A stretch of DNA of 64,000 bases, from positions 10,236 through 74,235 of the forward strand of contig CBFIGS010000008.1 in the NCBI GenBank assembly GCA_965662295.1, read 5' to 3'. The DNA is from Polaribacter sp. (GTDB taxonomy: Bacteria; Bacteroidota; Bacteroidia; Flavobacteriales; Flavobacteriaceae). Made by a program: the position numbers and the translations under genes. Position 1 is the stretch's first letter; each line of letters opens with the position of its first letter. The notes beneath the pieces are model-generated. The model was not told the origin of the DNA. It made no database searches and saw only the letters and a program-made list of their open reading frames with translations. This document shows, piece by piece, positions 1 through 9,915 of this stretch.

Positions 1-111
1 TTCTGGCTGAACAGCATAAATACTACTTAAAGAGCTCTCTTTAGTTCTTTTTTCTGCACCGCCAACAAGCTTAATGTCTAAGCCTTTTTTAATACGAATG
101 TCTTTTGACAT
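1..111 (-). CDS. nqrA: Na(+)-translocating NADH:quinone reductase subunit A, N-terminal part (runs off window edge)
   Basis: Manual translation from ATG at 111: MSKDIRIKKGLDIKLVGGAEKRTKESSLSSIYAVQPE, matching the NqrA N-terminal IxIKKGLDI pattern. -7 box TAAATTTG at 148-155 on the minus strand. Not in ORF track. Confidence 0.88.
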   Translation of the reverse strand, partial: MSKDIRIKKGLDIKLVGGAEKRTKESSLSSIYAVQPE

Positions 112-366
112 AGTAAATGGAATTGTTAGTTATCTAAAAAAATCATGCAAATTTAGGGTTTTTGTCAATTATGATGGATATAATTTAAAGGTTATCTTAA
201 GTTAATATGATTATTTATAATAATTCTAAATAACTATTTTAGGGAACTCTTTTAAGCCCTTCTAAAAGGAACTCTAAAAAACAGATATCCAATACGATTG
301 TCTTGATAATATCGTAATTACTTCCTAAAAAAAATCACTACTTTTACAAGGCATAAAAGAAAAAAT

Positions 367-1581
367 ATGTCTCGAAAATTAATCCTTTGTTTTTTATTTA
401 TTTCCACTAATTTTTTTTCGCAAAACATAAAGTCTATTCAACTTAGACCATTACAAGAAAACAATTTTTCAACAATAGTTCCATTGGGGACTTCTTTAGA
501 ATTATCTTTTGATGATTTGGAGGCAGATAATAAAAACTATCAATACAAAATTGAGCACATGACGCATGATTGGAAATCTAGCAGACTCTCTTCAAGTCAA
601 TTTATTGATGGCTTTGATCAAAACACCATCATCAATGTCACGAATTCATTTAACACCCTGCAAAATTACACTCATTATTCTGTGAGAATACCAAATGTAA
701 ATACGGTGATTACCAAAAGTGGAAATTATCTTTTATCTGTTTTAAATTTTAACGATGACGTTATTTTTACGAGACGGTTTGTGTTGTATGAACCATTAGC
801 AACTGTGGGAGTGACTGTAGAGAGAAGTAGAAATTCTAAGACGCAAAACACACAGCAAACTGTTGAGTTTTTTATAAACCATCCTAGAATAAAAATAAAT
901 AATCCTGCTCAAGAAATACACGTTGTTATTCTAAAAAACAACAATTGGGATGAAAAAATAACCGACTTACAACCTACCTTTTTTAGACCAAATCAATTGT
1001 CGTACACCTACACGAACAGCACAAATTTCTGGGGTGGAAATGAATATCTGAATTTTGATAATAAATACCTCAGAAATAATAGTTTCAATATCGTAAAAAT
1101 CATAAAAAAAGATGTTTTCCATCATTATTTATATCCCTTTGAATTTACTCCTTTTCGAAAATACAGTTACAATCCAGATATCAATGGCCAATTTGTAATT
1201 AGAACCCTAGAAGGTAGCGACTCAAAAACAGAAGCAGATTATGCTATGATACATTTCTCGATGCCTGTCGATGAGAGGTTCCCCGAAAAAGAAGTATACG
1301 TTTATGGTGCTTTTAATGATTTTAAAATTACAGAGGAAAATAAAATGTATTTTGATTCTGAAGAGAATACATACAAAGGAAACATTCTCTTAAAACAGGG
1401 TTTTTACAACTATACTTTTGCAACAAAAGAGGCGGATGGCAGCATCAATACCAATTATATAAATGGTTCTTTTTATGAAACTGAAAATGAATACACCATC
1501 ATCGTTTATTACAAACCTTTTGGAAGTTTTTTTGAACGAGTAGTGGGAGTAGGAACAGGAATTTTCAATCAAAATAGGTAA
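367..1581 (+). CDS. DUF5103 / type IX secretion system plug-like protein
   Basis: Signal peptide; LELSFDDL, YxYxIxHxxxDW and WGGNEYLNFD motifs and C-terminal LLKQGFYNY, recognised as DUF5103. Confidence 0.75.
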   Translation: MSRKLILCFLFISTNFFSQNIKSIQLRPLQENNFSTIVPLGTSLELSFDDLEADNKNYQYKIEHMTHDWKSSRLSSSQFIDGFDQNTIINVTNSFNTLQNYTHYSVRIPNVNTVITKSGNYLLSVLNFNDDVIFTRRFVLYEPLATVGVTVERSRNSKTQNTQQTVEFFINHPRIKINNPAQEIHVVILKNNNWDEKITDLQPTFFRPNQLSYTYTNSTNFWGGNEYLNFDNKYLRNNSFNIVKIIKKDVFHHYLYPFEFTPFRKYSYNPDINGQFVIRTLEGSDSKTEADYAMIHFSMPVDERFPEKEVYVYGAFNDFKITEENKMYFDSEENTYKGNILLKQGFYNYTFATKEADGSINTNYINGSFYETENEYTIIVYYKPFGSFFERVVGVGTGIFNQNR

Positions 1582-1628
1582 GCATTTAAAATTATCGATC
1601 ACTTTTATAAAAAATAGAGAAACAGAGA

Positions 1629-2015
1629 ATGATATATCAAATTACAAAGGGGATAAAAATTTCTGTTGACACTAAATATAAGGGTATAAGTCACAGGGCC
1701 TCGAAAATTTATCATGTATTTTCCTATACAATTCGCATTGAAAATACTTCTTCAGAAACGGTAAAACTTACCGATCGATTTTGGAAAATTTACGATACAC
1801 TAAGCCCTACAGAAATCGTGAGTGGCGAAGGAGTTGTGGGACAAACTCCAATTTTAAAACCTACGGAAACGTACACCTATAATTCTGGATGTTTTTTAAT
1901 CTCTAATATGGGTGCGATGAAAGGTTTTTACACAATGATAAATCTGACTACTTTTGAACAATTTAAAGTAATCATTCCCACTTTTCAACTTGTAACACCT
2001 TTATTATCAAACTAA
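1629..2015 (+). CDS. apaG: ApaG (Co2+/Mg2+ efflux-associated) protein
   Basis: YVFSYTIRIEN-like segment, G-E-G-V-V-G-Q-T-P motif, YxSGC, GAMKGFY. Confidence 0.93.
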   Translation: MIYQITKGIKISVDTKYKGISHRASKIYHVFSYTIRIENTSSETVKLTDRFWKIYDTLSPTEIVSGEGVVGQTPILKPTETYTYNSGCFLISNMGAMKGFYTMINLTTFEQFKVIIPTFQLVTPLLSN

Positions 2016-2221
2016 AATAGTCATCTTCCAACCAACTCAAAAATTGAAAAATTAGTTTCTTAAGAAAATTCTGTATCGTGAAATAATGACTTCTAAGATA
2101 TAAAACATAGGGAACATTGCTTTACAATTATTTGCGATAAGTTATATTTTGTGTTGTAATTATTGAATTTCCTGTAAAAAAATACATGAAAACTCTAACA
2201 AATTTATTGAAACAAAAATTG

Positions 2222-2229
2222 TAACTTTG
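2222..2229 (+). promoter_or_regulatory. Bacteroidota sigma70 -7 box (TAACTTTG) for pruA
   Basis: Exact TAnnTTTG match 33 nt before ATG 2263; it overlaps the track's TTG start at 2227, arguing against that start. Confidence 0.6.
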
Positions 2230-2262
2230 AAACACCAATTATTAATTACTAAAAAAAAACCA

Positions 2263-3888
2263 ATGACAAGAGGATTTTTTAATGTTCCCAAGGCAGTCAA
2301 TGAACCTGTAAAAGCATATGCTCCGGGCTCTCTTGAAAGAAAGGAATTATTAGCTACTTACAAAGCAATGTTTCAAGACAACATGGATATTCCCATGCAC
2401 ATAAACGGGGAAGAAATAAGAACAGGAAATACCAAAAATATTAGACCTCCTCATGATCACAAACATAGTGTTGGGCAATATCACATTGCAGATAAATCTC
2501 ACATAGACATTGCTATTTCTACTGCTTTGGCAGCAAGAGAAGCTTGGTCTAGCGTAAGCTGGATGGAACGTGCTTCAATTTTCCTAAAAGCTGCAGAGTT
2601 ATTAGCAGGGCCTTATCGAGCAAGAATGAATGCTGCAACCATGATTGCTCAATCTAAAAATGTACATCAAGCAGAAATTGATGCATCTTGCGAAATGATC
2701 GATTTTTTTCGTTTTAACGTAGAATACATGACCGATATTTTCAAAGATCAACCAGCATCTGCTCCTGGAATCTGGAATAGAGTTGAATACAGGCCTTTGG
2801 AAGGATTTGTCTATGCAATTTCACCTTTTAATTTCACCTCTATTGCTGCAAATCTACCTGCAGCAGCAGCGTTAATGGGAAATGTTGTTGTTTGGAAACC
2901 CTCTGATCACCAAGCGTATTCTGCACAAGTGATTGTAGATTTATTTAAAGAAGCTGGCTTGCCAGATGGAGTAATTAACGTAGTATATGGAGATCCTGTG
3001 ATGATTTCTGACACTGTGTTGGCTTCTCGTGATTTCTCTGGATTGCACTTTACTGGATCTACCCATGTTTTTAAAAATTTATGGAAACAAATAGGAAATA
3101 ATATTCACCACTATAAGACATATCCAAGAATTGTCGGAGAAACAGGAGGAAAAGATTTTATTTGGGCTCATAATTCTTCCAATCCTTTGCAAGTTGCAAC
3201 GGCAATTGTAAGAGGTTCTTTTGAATATCAAGGGCAAAAATGCTCTGCCGCATCGAGAGCATACATTCCTCAATCATTGTGGGAAGACGTAAAAAAACAT
3301 GTAATCGCTCAAACAAAAGAAATTAAAATGGGTTCTCCAGAAGATCCATCAAACTTTGTCAATGCAGTAATTCATGAGGGTTCTTTTGATAAAATAGCTC
3401 GTTATATTGATGCTGCCAAAGCAGACAAAGAAATAGAAATTATTGTGGGTGGAAATCATGATAAAACTGTAGGTTATTTTATTGAACCCACAGTAATTTT
3501 GACAAAATCACCTACATATGCGACAATGACAGAGGAATTGTTTGGCCCAGTAATGACGGTATATGTATACGAAGATGCAGCATGGGAAACCTCTTTAAAA
3601 TTAGTAGACGAGTCTACAGAATTTGCACTAACAGGAGCGATTTTCTCAACAGATAGATACATCGTGGAAAAGGCTTCTAAAATATTAGAAAACGCAGCTG
3701 GAAATTTTTACATCAATGACAAACCAACAGGAGCTGTTGTTGGTCAGCAACCCTTTGGTGGAGCGAGAGCCTCAGGAACAAATGACAAGGCTGGTTCTGC
3801 TCAAAACTTGTTACGTTGGACCTCTGTTAGATTGATCAAAGAGACTTTTGTCTCTCCAACAGACTACAAATATCCTTTCTTAGGCTAA
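2263..3888 (+). CDS. pruA: L-glutamate gamma-semialdehyde (P5C) dehydrogenase
   Basis: ALDH motifs: FTGS, GETGGKDF, catalytic GQKCSA, EELFGP, QQPFGGARASGTNDKAGS. Start moved from TTG 2227 to ATG 2263. Confidence 0.95.
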   Translation: MTRGFFNVPKAVNEPVKAYAPGSLERKELLATYKAMFQDNMDIPMHINGEEIRTGNTKNIRPPHDHKHSVGQYHIADKSHIDIAISTALAAREAWSSVSWMERASIFLKAAELLAGPYRARMNAATMIAQSKNVHQAEIDASCEMIDFFRFNVEYMTDIFKDQPASAPGIWNRVEYRPLEGFVYAISPFNFTSIAANLPAAAALMGNVVVWKPSDHQAYSAQVIVDLFKEAGLPDGVINVVYGDPVMISDTVLASRDFSGLHFTGSTHVFKNLWKQIGNNIHHYKTYPRIVGETGGKDFIWAHNSSNPLQVATAIVRGSFEYQGQKCSAASRAYIPQSLWEDVKKHVIAQTKEIKMGSPEDPSNFVNAVIHEGSFDKIARYIDAAKADKEIEIIVGGNHDKTVGYFIEPTVILTKSPTYATMTEELFGPVMTVYVYEDAAWETSLKLVDESTEFALTGAIFSTDRYIVEKASKILENAAGNFYINDKPTGAVVGQQPFGGARASGTNDKAGSAQNLLRWTSVRLIKETFVSPTDYKYPFLG

Positions 3889-3905
3889 ACTTAAATAGTC
3901 AATTT

Positions 3906-3940
3906 AAAAGCCTCACCTACTAATAGTAGATGAGGCTTTT
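3906..3940. terminator. Bidirectional intrinsic terminator
   Basis: AAAAGCCTCA-cCTAC-taata-GTAGa-TGAGGCTTTT hairpin between convergent genes. Confidence 0.85.
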
Positions 3941-3957
3941 ATTGATTAACAAAAAAC

Positions 3958-6900
3958 CTATTTTATCATTAATTTTCTCATGACTTGTGTATCTCCACTT
4001 ATAACTTTTAAAAAATATAACCCAGCAGAGGCCTCCTCAAAATAAATTTTTTCAGAGAAATTTGAAGACCTTGGAATGTATTTTTTTTCATCAAGTAATC
4101 TTCCTCTAAGATCAAACAATTGAACCAAAATTTTATCAGAACGAACAAGGTTTAAAGCTAATGTAAATACTCCTTTTGTAGGGTTTGGATATAACTTAAA
4201 ATTACCTAAACTCTGATCTTCGACAGATGCTGTTGAATCTTCAATAATTAGGGTATAATCCTCCGTTTCACCATATTCAGAATTATGGTCTGCATCACAA
4301 GCTCCCTCTCCATGAGGAGATGAATTCCCTGTATATTCCACTAATACTCTCATTCTTGTCGCACCAAGTTGTGCAATTTCGGGAACAGTAATAGCAAGGG
4401 TTTTGGTACTTAGATTATCGTAACCAATTCCCAAATCATACCTTTCTGTTGCAACATCGAATACATAATCTTGATTCCAATCAATAAAAACAGTACAATT
4501 GTCTTGATACCCATCTGTATCAAAAGTGACACTCATTTGATGAGTTCCTCCTCTTTTTAAATTAGTAAGAATCGATGTATAATCTTCATAACCGTCTATC
4601 AAATCATTCCCAGAATCGTTATTAATCGTATTGAAAGTAACGTTGGTAATATGATCTGCTTCATCTGTAAAGGTAGATACACAATAGTCAGGTGTTAATG
4701 TTGTAAAGCTGAAAGTCACAGAATATGCTCCATCTCCACAGGGGTTTTTCGATTTAACTCTCCAATAATAAGTGGTGTTTGCTTCTAAACTTGTAGCGGT
4801 ATATGAATTTGTAGGTACATTTCCACTAGAAACTATTGTTGTAAATTCTTGATCAGAAGCAATTTCAACATCGTAACTAGACGCATTAATGATTGAATCC
4901 CACCTTAAAACCTCAGATAAAGAAATCCCAGTTGCATTATTTATAGGTGAAATTAACAACATCCTTGCATCAGTAATTTGTGAAAAAAGTTTGAAGGGAA
5001 GATCAATATTTTTATTTTCACTCGAACTTCCAGCAATATTCACTGTATACATTTGAGCTGAAGCCTCACTAAAATTTGAAATTGTCATCGTAACATTCCC
5101 ATCATCGCTTATCGTTGATGGATTAAATGTTACTGAAGCTCCTTCAGGAAAACCTGATGCTGACAATGATACTGACTCTGTAAAACCATTGATAAAATCA
5201 AAATTCAACACATAACTTACTGATTCATTTCCTGAATTGCATGCAGACTGTTCTCCACTTAAATTCGTAATAATAAATGAAGGCGCTGAGGAGTTGATTG
5301 TAAAGTTTGTGGCATTGATATTGTAAAAAATATTATCCGCCGCTTCCACCATAATTCTGGAAGTAGTTGAAGGGGTATCCGGAATCACTACCGATTCTGA
5401 ACCGTCGTTAGGAGTATTTGCTTTCAGAATAATTGGAAAAGTAGTCCCCCCATCGATTGATAATTTGATATTTACATTTTGACAATTGATGGGAGCAACA
5501 TCTGTAGTTCCTTTATTCCAAGTAATTGTTTGAGTAGTCCCTGTATCCCAAATAACAGCTGAATTCGCCGCTGTAACCCTAAATGCCTCAGAATTTTCTA
5601 CAGATACTCTCATATTGTCTCTTGCTGTACCTCCACCTCCATAATAATCATCTCTTACAAAAAAAGAAAAATTTAATTCTCTTACTACATCAGGCAGTAC
5701 TTCCCAGGTTGAAAAATTGGAACCTGCAACAACAGTTTCCAGAGCTGGCATGTATCTAATTGGAGAGGCTTTTGATGGTAAAGATCTGAACATTGGACCT
5801 CGAGTACTCGAAGCCTCCGGAGGCATTGTAAGTGCAATTTCGTTATCTATTTGCTCCCAATTATAGGTTAAAGAAGCGGTACCATCTGCATCGGTAGCTT
5901 CTCCTTTTAAAACAAAAGGAGTCGCTTTGGGAATGCTAAAATCTGCTCCAGCATCTGCAGTTGGCAAGGCGTTATCTATCGCTGATATACTTGCACAGGT
6001 TGCAGAACTCTGAATTGTACTCCACATTTCTGCAATACTTACTGCATGAAAATAAGCATCACTTTTATTTTGAACATTTGGAGAACAAATACCCGCATAT
6101 CCCATTATTGTAGATCCACTTCCTGGTTCTACCGCTGTTGATAAATTTCTATTACAATCATTATTTTGAGTGTGATTCGCTCCAAATTGATGCCCGATTT
6201 CATGTGCAACATAATCGATATCATAAGAATCTCCTATGGGCGAACCACTACCGGTAATTCCTTTTGCCTTTTGCCCATCAACGCATACAACTCCAAGACC
6301 AGCCAGACCTCCTCCCTCTGTACTAAAAGTATGACCAATATCATAATTATTGGAACCAATCGTTGTATCACAAATCGTTTGACTTTCATCAATTAAATCA
6401 TCGGCATTATCATTTGAGAATCCATCGGTGGATGCGTCTAGAAAAATAATTTTATCATTCTCTTCAACAAGAACCATTTTTACAGCCAAATCTCTTTCAA
6501 AAACACCATTCACTCTGGTTATTGTAGTATTCATTGCAGATAAAATAGCTGCTTTTTTACCTTCTTCTGTGGCTGTTGCTGATACATTTTGATTTGCCAA
6601 ATGAAATTGCGCATACTCTCCAGTACAAGCCAGTGCCAGACGAAATATCCTTAATTTTCCATCATTCGTGTTTTGTGACGTATTTTTTTGTCCAATTTTT
6701 TTATGTGATAGGCCTTCAACTTCACAAGTAAAATCGTCTTTATCTTTAACTATATGAGATTTTTTATAAACTATTAAGGTTTTACTATCTTTTGAATAAG
6801 GATCTATGTATAAGGTTTCTTCATTTCCAGAAAATACAATTGCATGAAAGCCATCTGATCCAATACTGATCTTTGCAACGGATGTTGGGTCATCTATTCC

Positions 6901-7233
6901 TTGAGCAGAGTACGACTTTATCATTGAAAATTTTTGAGCTAATTTTGTTTCAAAATTTGAAGATTCTTCCAATAAAAATCGAGAATAACTACCCGTTGCA
7001 TTCGGAATCTTTATAAGTCGTTTTTTGAGATTGGATTGTAAACCGATAGTATTTTTAAAACGGTCTATTTCAAAAGACATCAACACATATTTAGAAGGTA
7101 AATTCTTCTCATAATAGCCCTCATTCTGCAAAATATTGATCTTATCTTCATCAAGTTTCCTGAAGAAATCTTGTGCATTAATTCCTTCTAAAGAAAAAAG
7201 AAAAAAAATAACAATTAGGGGATATATTTTCAT
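3958..7233 (-). CDS. T9SS-secreted reprolysin-like (M12B) zinc metalloprotease with FN3 and GEVED domains
   Basis: Signal peptide, HEIGHQFGANH zinc motif, EPGSGSTIMGYAG Met-turn, TTYYWRV (FN3), GETEDY (GEVED), C-terminal LYPNP...GLYFLKV (T9SS CTD). Confidence 0.9.
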   Translation of the reverse strand: MKIYPLIVIFFLFSLEGINAQDFFRKLDEDKINILQNEGYYEKNLPSKYVLMSFEIDRFKNTIGLQSNLKKRLIKIPNATGSYSRFLLEESSNFETKLAQKFSMIKSYSAQGIDDPTSVAKISIGSDGFHAIVFSGNEETLYIDPYSKDSKTLIVYKKSHIVKDKDDFTCEVEGLSHKKIGQKNTSQNTNDGKLRIFRLALACTGEYAQFHLANQNVSATATEEGKKAAILSAMNTTITRVNGVFERDLAVKMVLVEENDKIIFLDASTDGFSNDNADDLIDESQTICDTTIGSNNYDIGHTFSTEGGGLAGLGVVCVDGQKAKGITGSGSPIGDSYDIDYVAHEIGHQFGANHTQNNDCNRNLSTAVEPGSGSTIMGYAGICSPNVQNKSDAYFHAVSIAEMWSTIQSSATCASISAIDNALPTADAGADFSIPKATPFVLKGEATDADGTASLTYNWEQIDNEIALTMPPEASSTRGPMFRSLPSKASPIRYMPALETVVAGSNFSTWEVLPDVVRELNFSFFVRDDYYGGGGTARDNMRVSVENSEAFRVTAANSAVIWDTGTTQTITWNKGTTDVAPINCQNVNIKLSIDGGTTFPIILKANTPNDGSESVVIPDTPSTTSRIMVEAADNIFYNINATNFTINSSAPSFIITNLSGEQSACNSGNESVSYVLNFDFINGFTESVSLSASGFPEGASVTFNPSTISDDGNVTMTISNFSEASAQMYTVNIAGSSSENKNIDLPFKLFSQITDARMLLISPINNATGISLSEVLRWDSIINASSYDVEIASDQEFTTIVSSGNVPTNSYTATSLEANTTYYWRVKSKNPCGDGAYSVTFSFTTLTPDYCVSTFTDEADHITNVTFNTINNDSGNDLIDGYEDYTSILTNLKRGGTHQMSVTFDTDGYQDNCTVFIDWNQDYVFDVATERYDLGIGYDNLSTKTLAITVPEIAQLGATRMRVLVEYTGNSSPHGEGACDADHNSEYGETEDYTLIIEDSTASVEDQSLGNFKLYPNPTKGVFTLALNLVRSDKILVQLFDLRGRLLDEKKYIPRSSNFSEKIYFEEASAGLYFLKVISGDTQVMRKLMIK

Positions 7234-7296
7234 GACATAATTTTTTAATAATAGATAAAGTAAATATAATGAAATAATTATCTTTACAATTTGCTC

Positions 7297-8001
7297 ATGA
7301 ACAGAAATATACTCTTAAGAGACTTAAATATAATAGACTACAAAGAAGCCTGGGACTATCAAACTCAGTTACTTCAGGAAATTGTAGAAACAAAAACAAA
7401 AAATAGAAAAAGTACGCTTCAAGAAACTACTAAAAATCACTTTTTATTTGTAGAACATCCTCATGTGTATACGTTAGGAAAAAGTGGCGATTTGAGTAAT
7501 TTATTGCTCACTGAAAAACAACTTCAACAAAAAAAAGCTTCCTTTTACAAAATAAATCGCGGGGGTGACATTACTTATCATGGCCCTGGACAAATTGTTG
7601 GATATCCCATCTTGGATTTAGAAAACTTCTTTACAGATATTCATAAATACTTGCGTTTTTTAGAAGAAGCAATTATTTTAACCATCGCTGAATATGGTTT
7701 AAAAGGATCAAGAAGTTCCGGAGAAACTGGAGTTTGGCTAGATGTTGGTACACCATTTGCTCGAAAAATTTGTGCGCTTGGAATACGCTCCTCTCGTTGG
7801 GTGACCATGCATGGGTTTGCCTTAAATGTAAATGTGAACTTAGGGTATTTTGACCATATTATCCCTTGTGGAATTAAAGGAAAATCAGTGACCTCAATGG
7901 AAGCTGAATTGAACAGAAAGATAGACTTAGAAGAAGTGAAGAAAAAAATATTAACTCATTTCAAGACCCTCTTTGAAGTGGAAAAGTTCATCATTTCTTA
8001 A
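7297..8001 (+). CDS. lipB: Lipoyl(octanoyl) transferase LipB
   Basis: EHPHVYTLG, RGGDITYHGPGQ, RKICALG, HGFALN, IIPCGI. Track start is TTG 7291; ATG 7297 used. Confidence 0.96.
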   Translation: MNRNILLRDLNIIDYKEAWDYQTQLLQEIVETKTKNRKSTLQETTKNHFLFVEHPHVYTLGKSGDLSNLLLTEKQLQQKKASFYKINRGGDITYHGPGQIVGYPILDLENFFTDIHKYLRFLEEAIILTIAEYGLKGSRSSGETGVWLDVGTPFARKICALGIRSSRWVTMHGFALNVNVNLGYFDHIIPCGIKGKSVTSMEAELNRKIDLEEVKKKILTHFKTLFEVEKFIIS

Positions 8002-8033
8002 AAAATCACAGGTAATATTGACAATGAATTTGA

Positions 8034-9086
8034 TCACTTCTCTTCGTTAAAATACACCTTGTAATACTTCATTTTTTTATCTTCATCATATCCTCTTTCA
8101 AGATATTCTGATGCCGCTTCTGGCGCATCTACATCTAATTTTATGCGAATATTTGTGTCTAACTTGATCTCCGTTTTAAGCTTGTTTTTCTCTTTTTTTA
8201 ATACTACTCCAGAAACATCAAAATTATTTCTAATCAAGACATCATTTAAGGTTTCGAAATGCTTTTTATAATCGTCAAATAACTCTTTGTGTTTCTCCTC
8301 AGTAAAAACTTCGTCTTTAAAATCAGTATAATCAACCGCTTCATTTTCTTTAAAATAATCTACTGTATTGGCTAAAAAATTTCCTTGTTCATGCATTCCT
8401 AATTCAGGTTTTATAACCTCTTCAGAAAAATCTTTACACAATTCTAAATAATTCTGAGTATGGGAATTATAATCATCAGCTAACCTAACTGATAAGAAGT
8501 TTTTGATCCAATATTGAGCATCATAATTATTATTATCAATGGAGAATACAACAGTCCCCTGTGTATCTGTTGTATTCAAAATCAGACATCCTTTATCCAT
8601 TTTTTTGGTGGAAATCCCTTTTTGAACAACCACATCAAAATTTTCGTTATCGTCCAAATATGTTTGAAAAAAATCAACTTTATTTTCAATTTTAAAAACC
8701 CCTAAAGCTTCTGTTAAAATCCCATTAAATTCGATGTCCTCTATAAGAACAACTAATACATCTCCTGTTTTTATTTGTGCAGAATTAGACTGCTCATACA
8801 AATGATTTACAATGTTTTTAGAATACTCAATAAAAACCTCTTCTTCTTTAAAAATTTTAGAGGCATAATTATTCAATTCATTCAAACGTACATCGGCATG
8901 ATGTGAAAATCGATAACTCTGCGAAACCCCTGCAAAAGGCTTCAATAAAAAACTCTTCATTACATCGTAACTTTCTTGGTCAAAACGAATTAAATCTTCA
9001 GAAAAAACATTCTGTCCGCTATTAAATTTATTCGCGACTTTGTGTAAGATACATTTGGTAATTTCTGCGTTGGCTTTTTTAATCAT
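8034..9086 (-). CDS. Nucleoid-associated protein (NA37/YejK-like)
   Basis: LHKVANK N-terminus, HLYEQSNSAQIKTGD, GVFKIENK, KMDKGCLI, AQYW; family recognition from memory. Confidence 0.72.
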   Translation of the reverse strand: MIKKANAEITKCILHKVANKFNSGQNVFSEDLIRFDQESYDVMKSFLLKPFAGVSQSYRFSHHADVRLNELNNYASKIFKEEEVFIEYSKNIVNHLYEQSNSAQIKTGDVLVVLIEDIEFNGILTEALGVFKIENKVDFFQTYLDDNENFDVVVQKGISTKKMDKGCLILNTTDTQGTVVFSIDNNNYDAQYWIKNFLSVRLADDYNSHTQNYLELCKDFSEEVIKPELGMHEQGNFLANTVDYFKENEAVDYTDFKDEVFTEEKHKELFDDYKKHFETLNDVLIRNNFDVSGVVLKKEKNKLKTEIKLDTNIRIKLDVDAPEAASEYLERGYDEDKKMKYYKVYFNEEK

Positions 9087-9143
9087 TATCTTAAATTGAG
9101 TGGGTAAAAATAGAAAAAGTTTGACGATGATTTTAAGAAAAGA

Positions 9144-9743
9144 CTATAATTCTAACGTTAATTGTTCTGGTAATAATTTGAAGGTTTTTCTATGGTATTT
9201 TGTTACACCAAATTCACGAATTGCATCTCGATGTTCTTTCGTAGGATATCCCTTATTTTTTTTCCAATTATACATTGGAAATTCTTTGTGAATTTTTTCC
9301 ATGTATGCATCTCTGTAGGTTTTTGCCAATACAGATGCCGCTGCAATACTTTGGTATTTTGCATCTCCTTTGACAATAGTTTTGTAAGGAATCTCTTTAT
9401 AACTGCTAAATTTATTCCCATCAACGATAATGAATTCTGGTTGAATCTGAAGCAAACCTATAGAACGATGCATCCCTGTGATAGAGGCCTGTAAAACATT
9501 GATTTTATCAACTTCATCTTGCCAAACAAAAGAAACCCCATAAGCAATGGCATTTTCTTCAATAAAAGGCCTTAATTCCTCTCTTTTTTTTTCAGACAAC
9601 TGCTTGGAATCATTTAAAAAGGGATGGGTAAACTCTTTGGGTAAAATAACTGCTGCTGCAACAACAGGGCCAGAAAGACAGCCTCTACCAGCCTCATCTG
9701 TGCCCGCTTCCAAAGAAAAACCACTATAGTTAGATGCTAACAT
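9144..9743 (-). CDS. rnhB: Ribonuclease HII
   Basis: [50 protein letters not shown]. Confidence 0.97.
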   Translation of the reverse strand: MLASNYSGFSLEAGTDEAGRGCLSGPVVAAAVILPKEFTHPFLNDSKQLSEKKREELRPFIEENAIAYGVSFVWQDEVDKINVLQASITGMHRSIGLLQIQPEFIIVDGNKFSSYKEIPYKTIVKGDAKYQSIAAASVLAKTYRDAYMEKIHKEFPMYNWKKNKGYPTKEHRDAIREFGVTKYHRKTFKLLPEQLTLEL

Positions 9744-9915
9744 TTTACAAAGAAAAGAAAAAATATTTTAGAGTACTGTTTGGATAATCGTGCTATTGAT
9801 TCTAAGAGTTTTAAAACTTGTTTTAAGAAGCTTTTTATGATTCCTGTTTTTCGTGGCACTTATTAACAATTATTTTCGTTTTATTATTTTACATTTGCCA
9901 ATAGAGCAACTAACT

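Noticed and set aside
243-275. GGAACTCT direct repeat (243-250, 268-275) between nqrA and the DUF5103 gene
   Set aside because: Only 8 bp, two copies, no candidate regulator.
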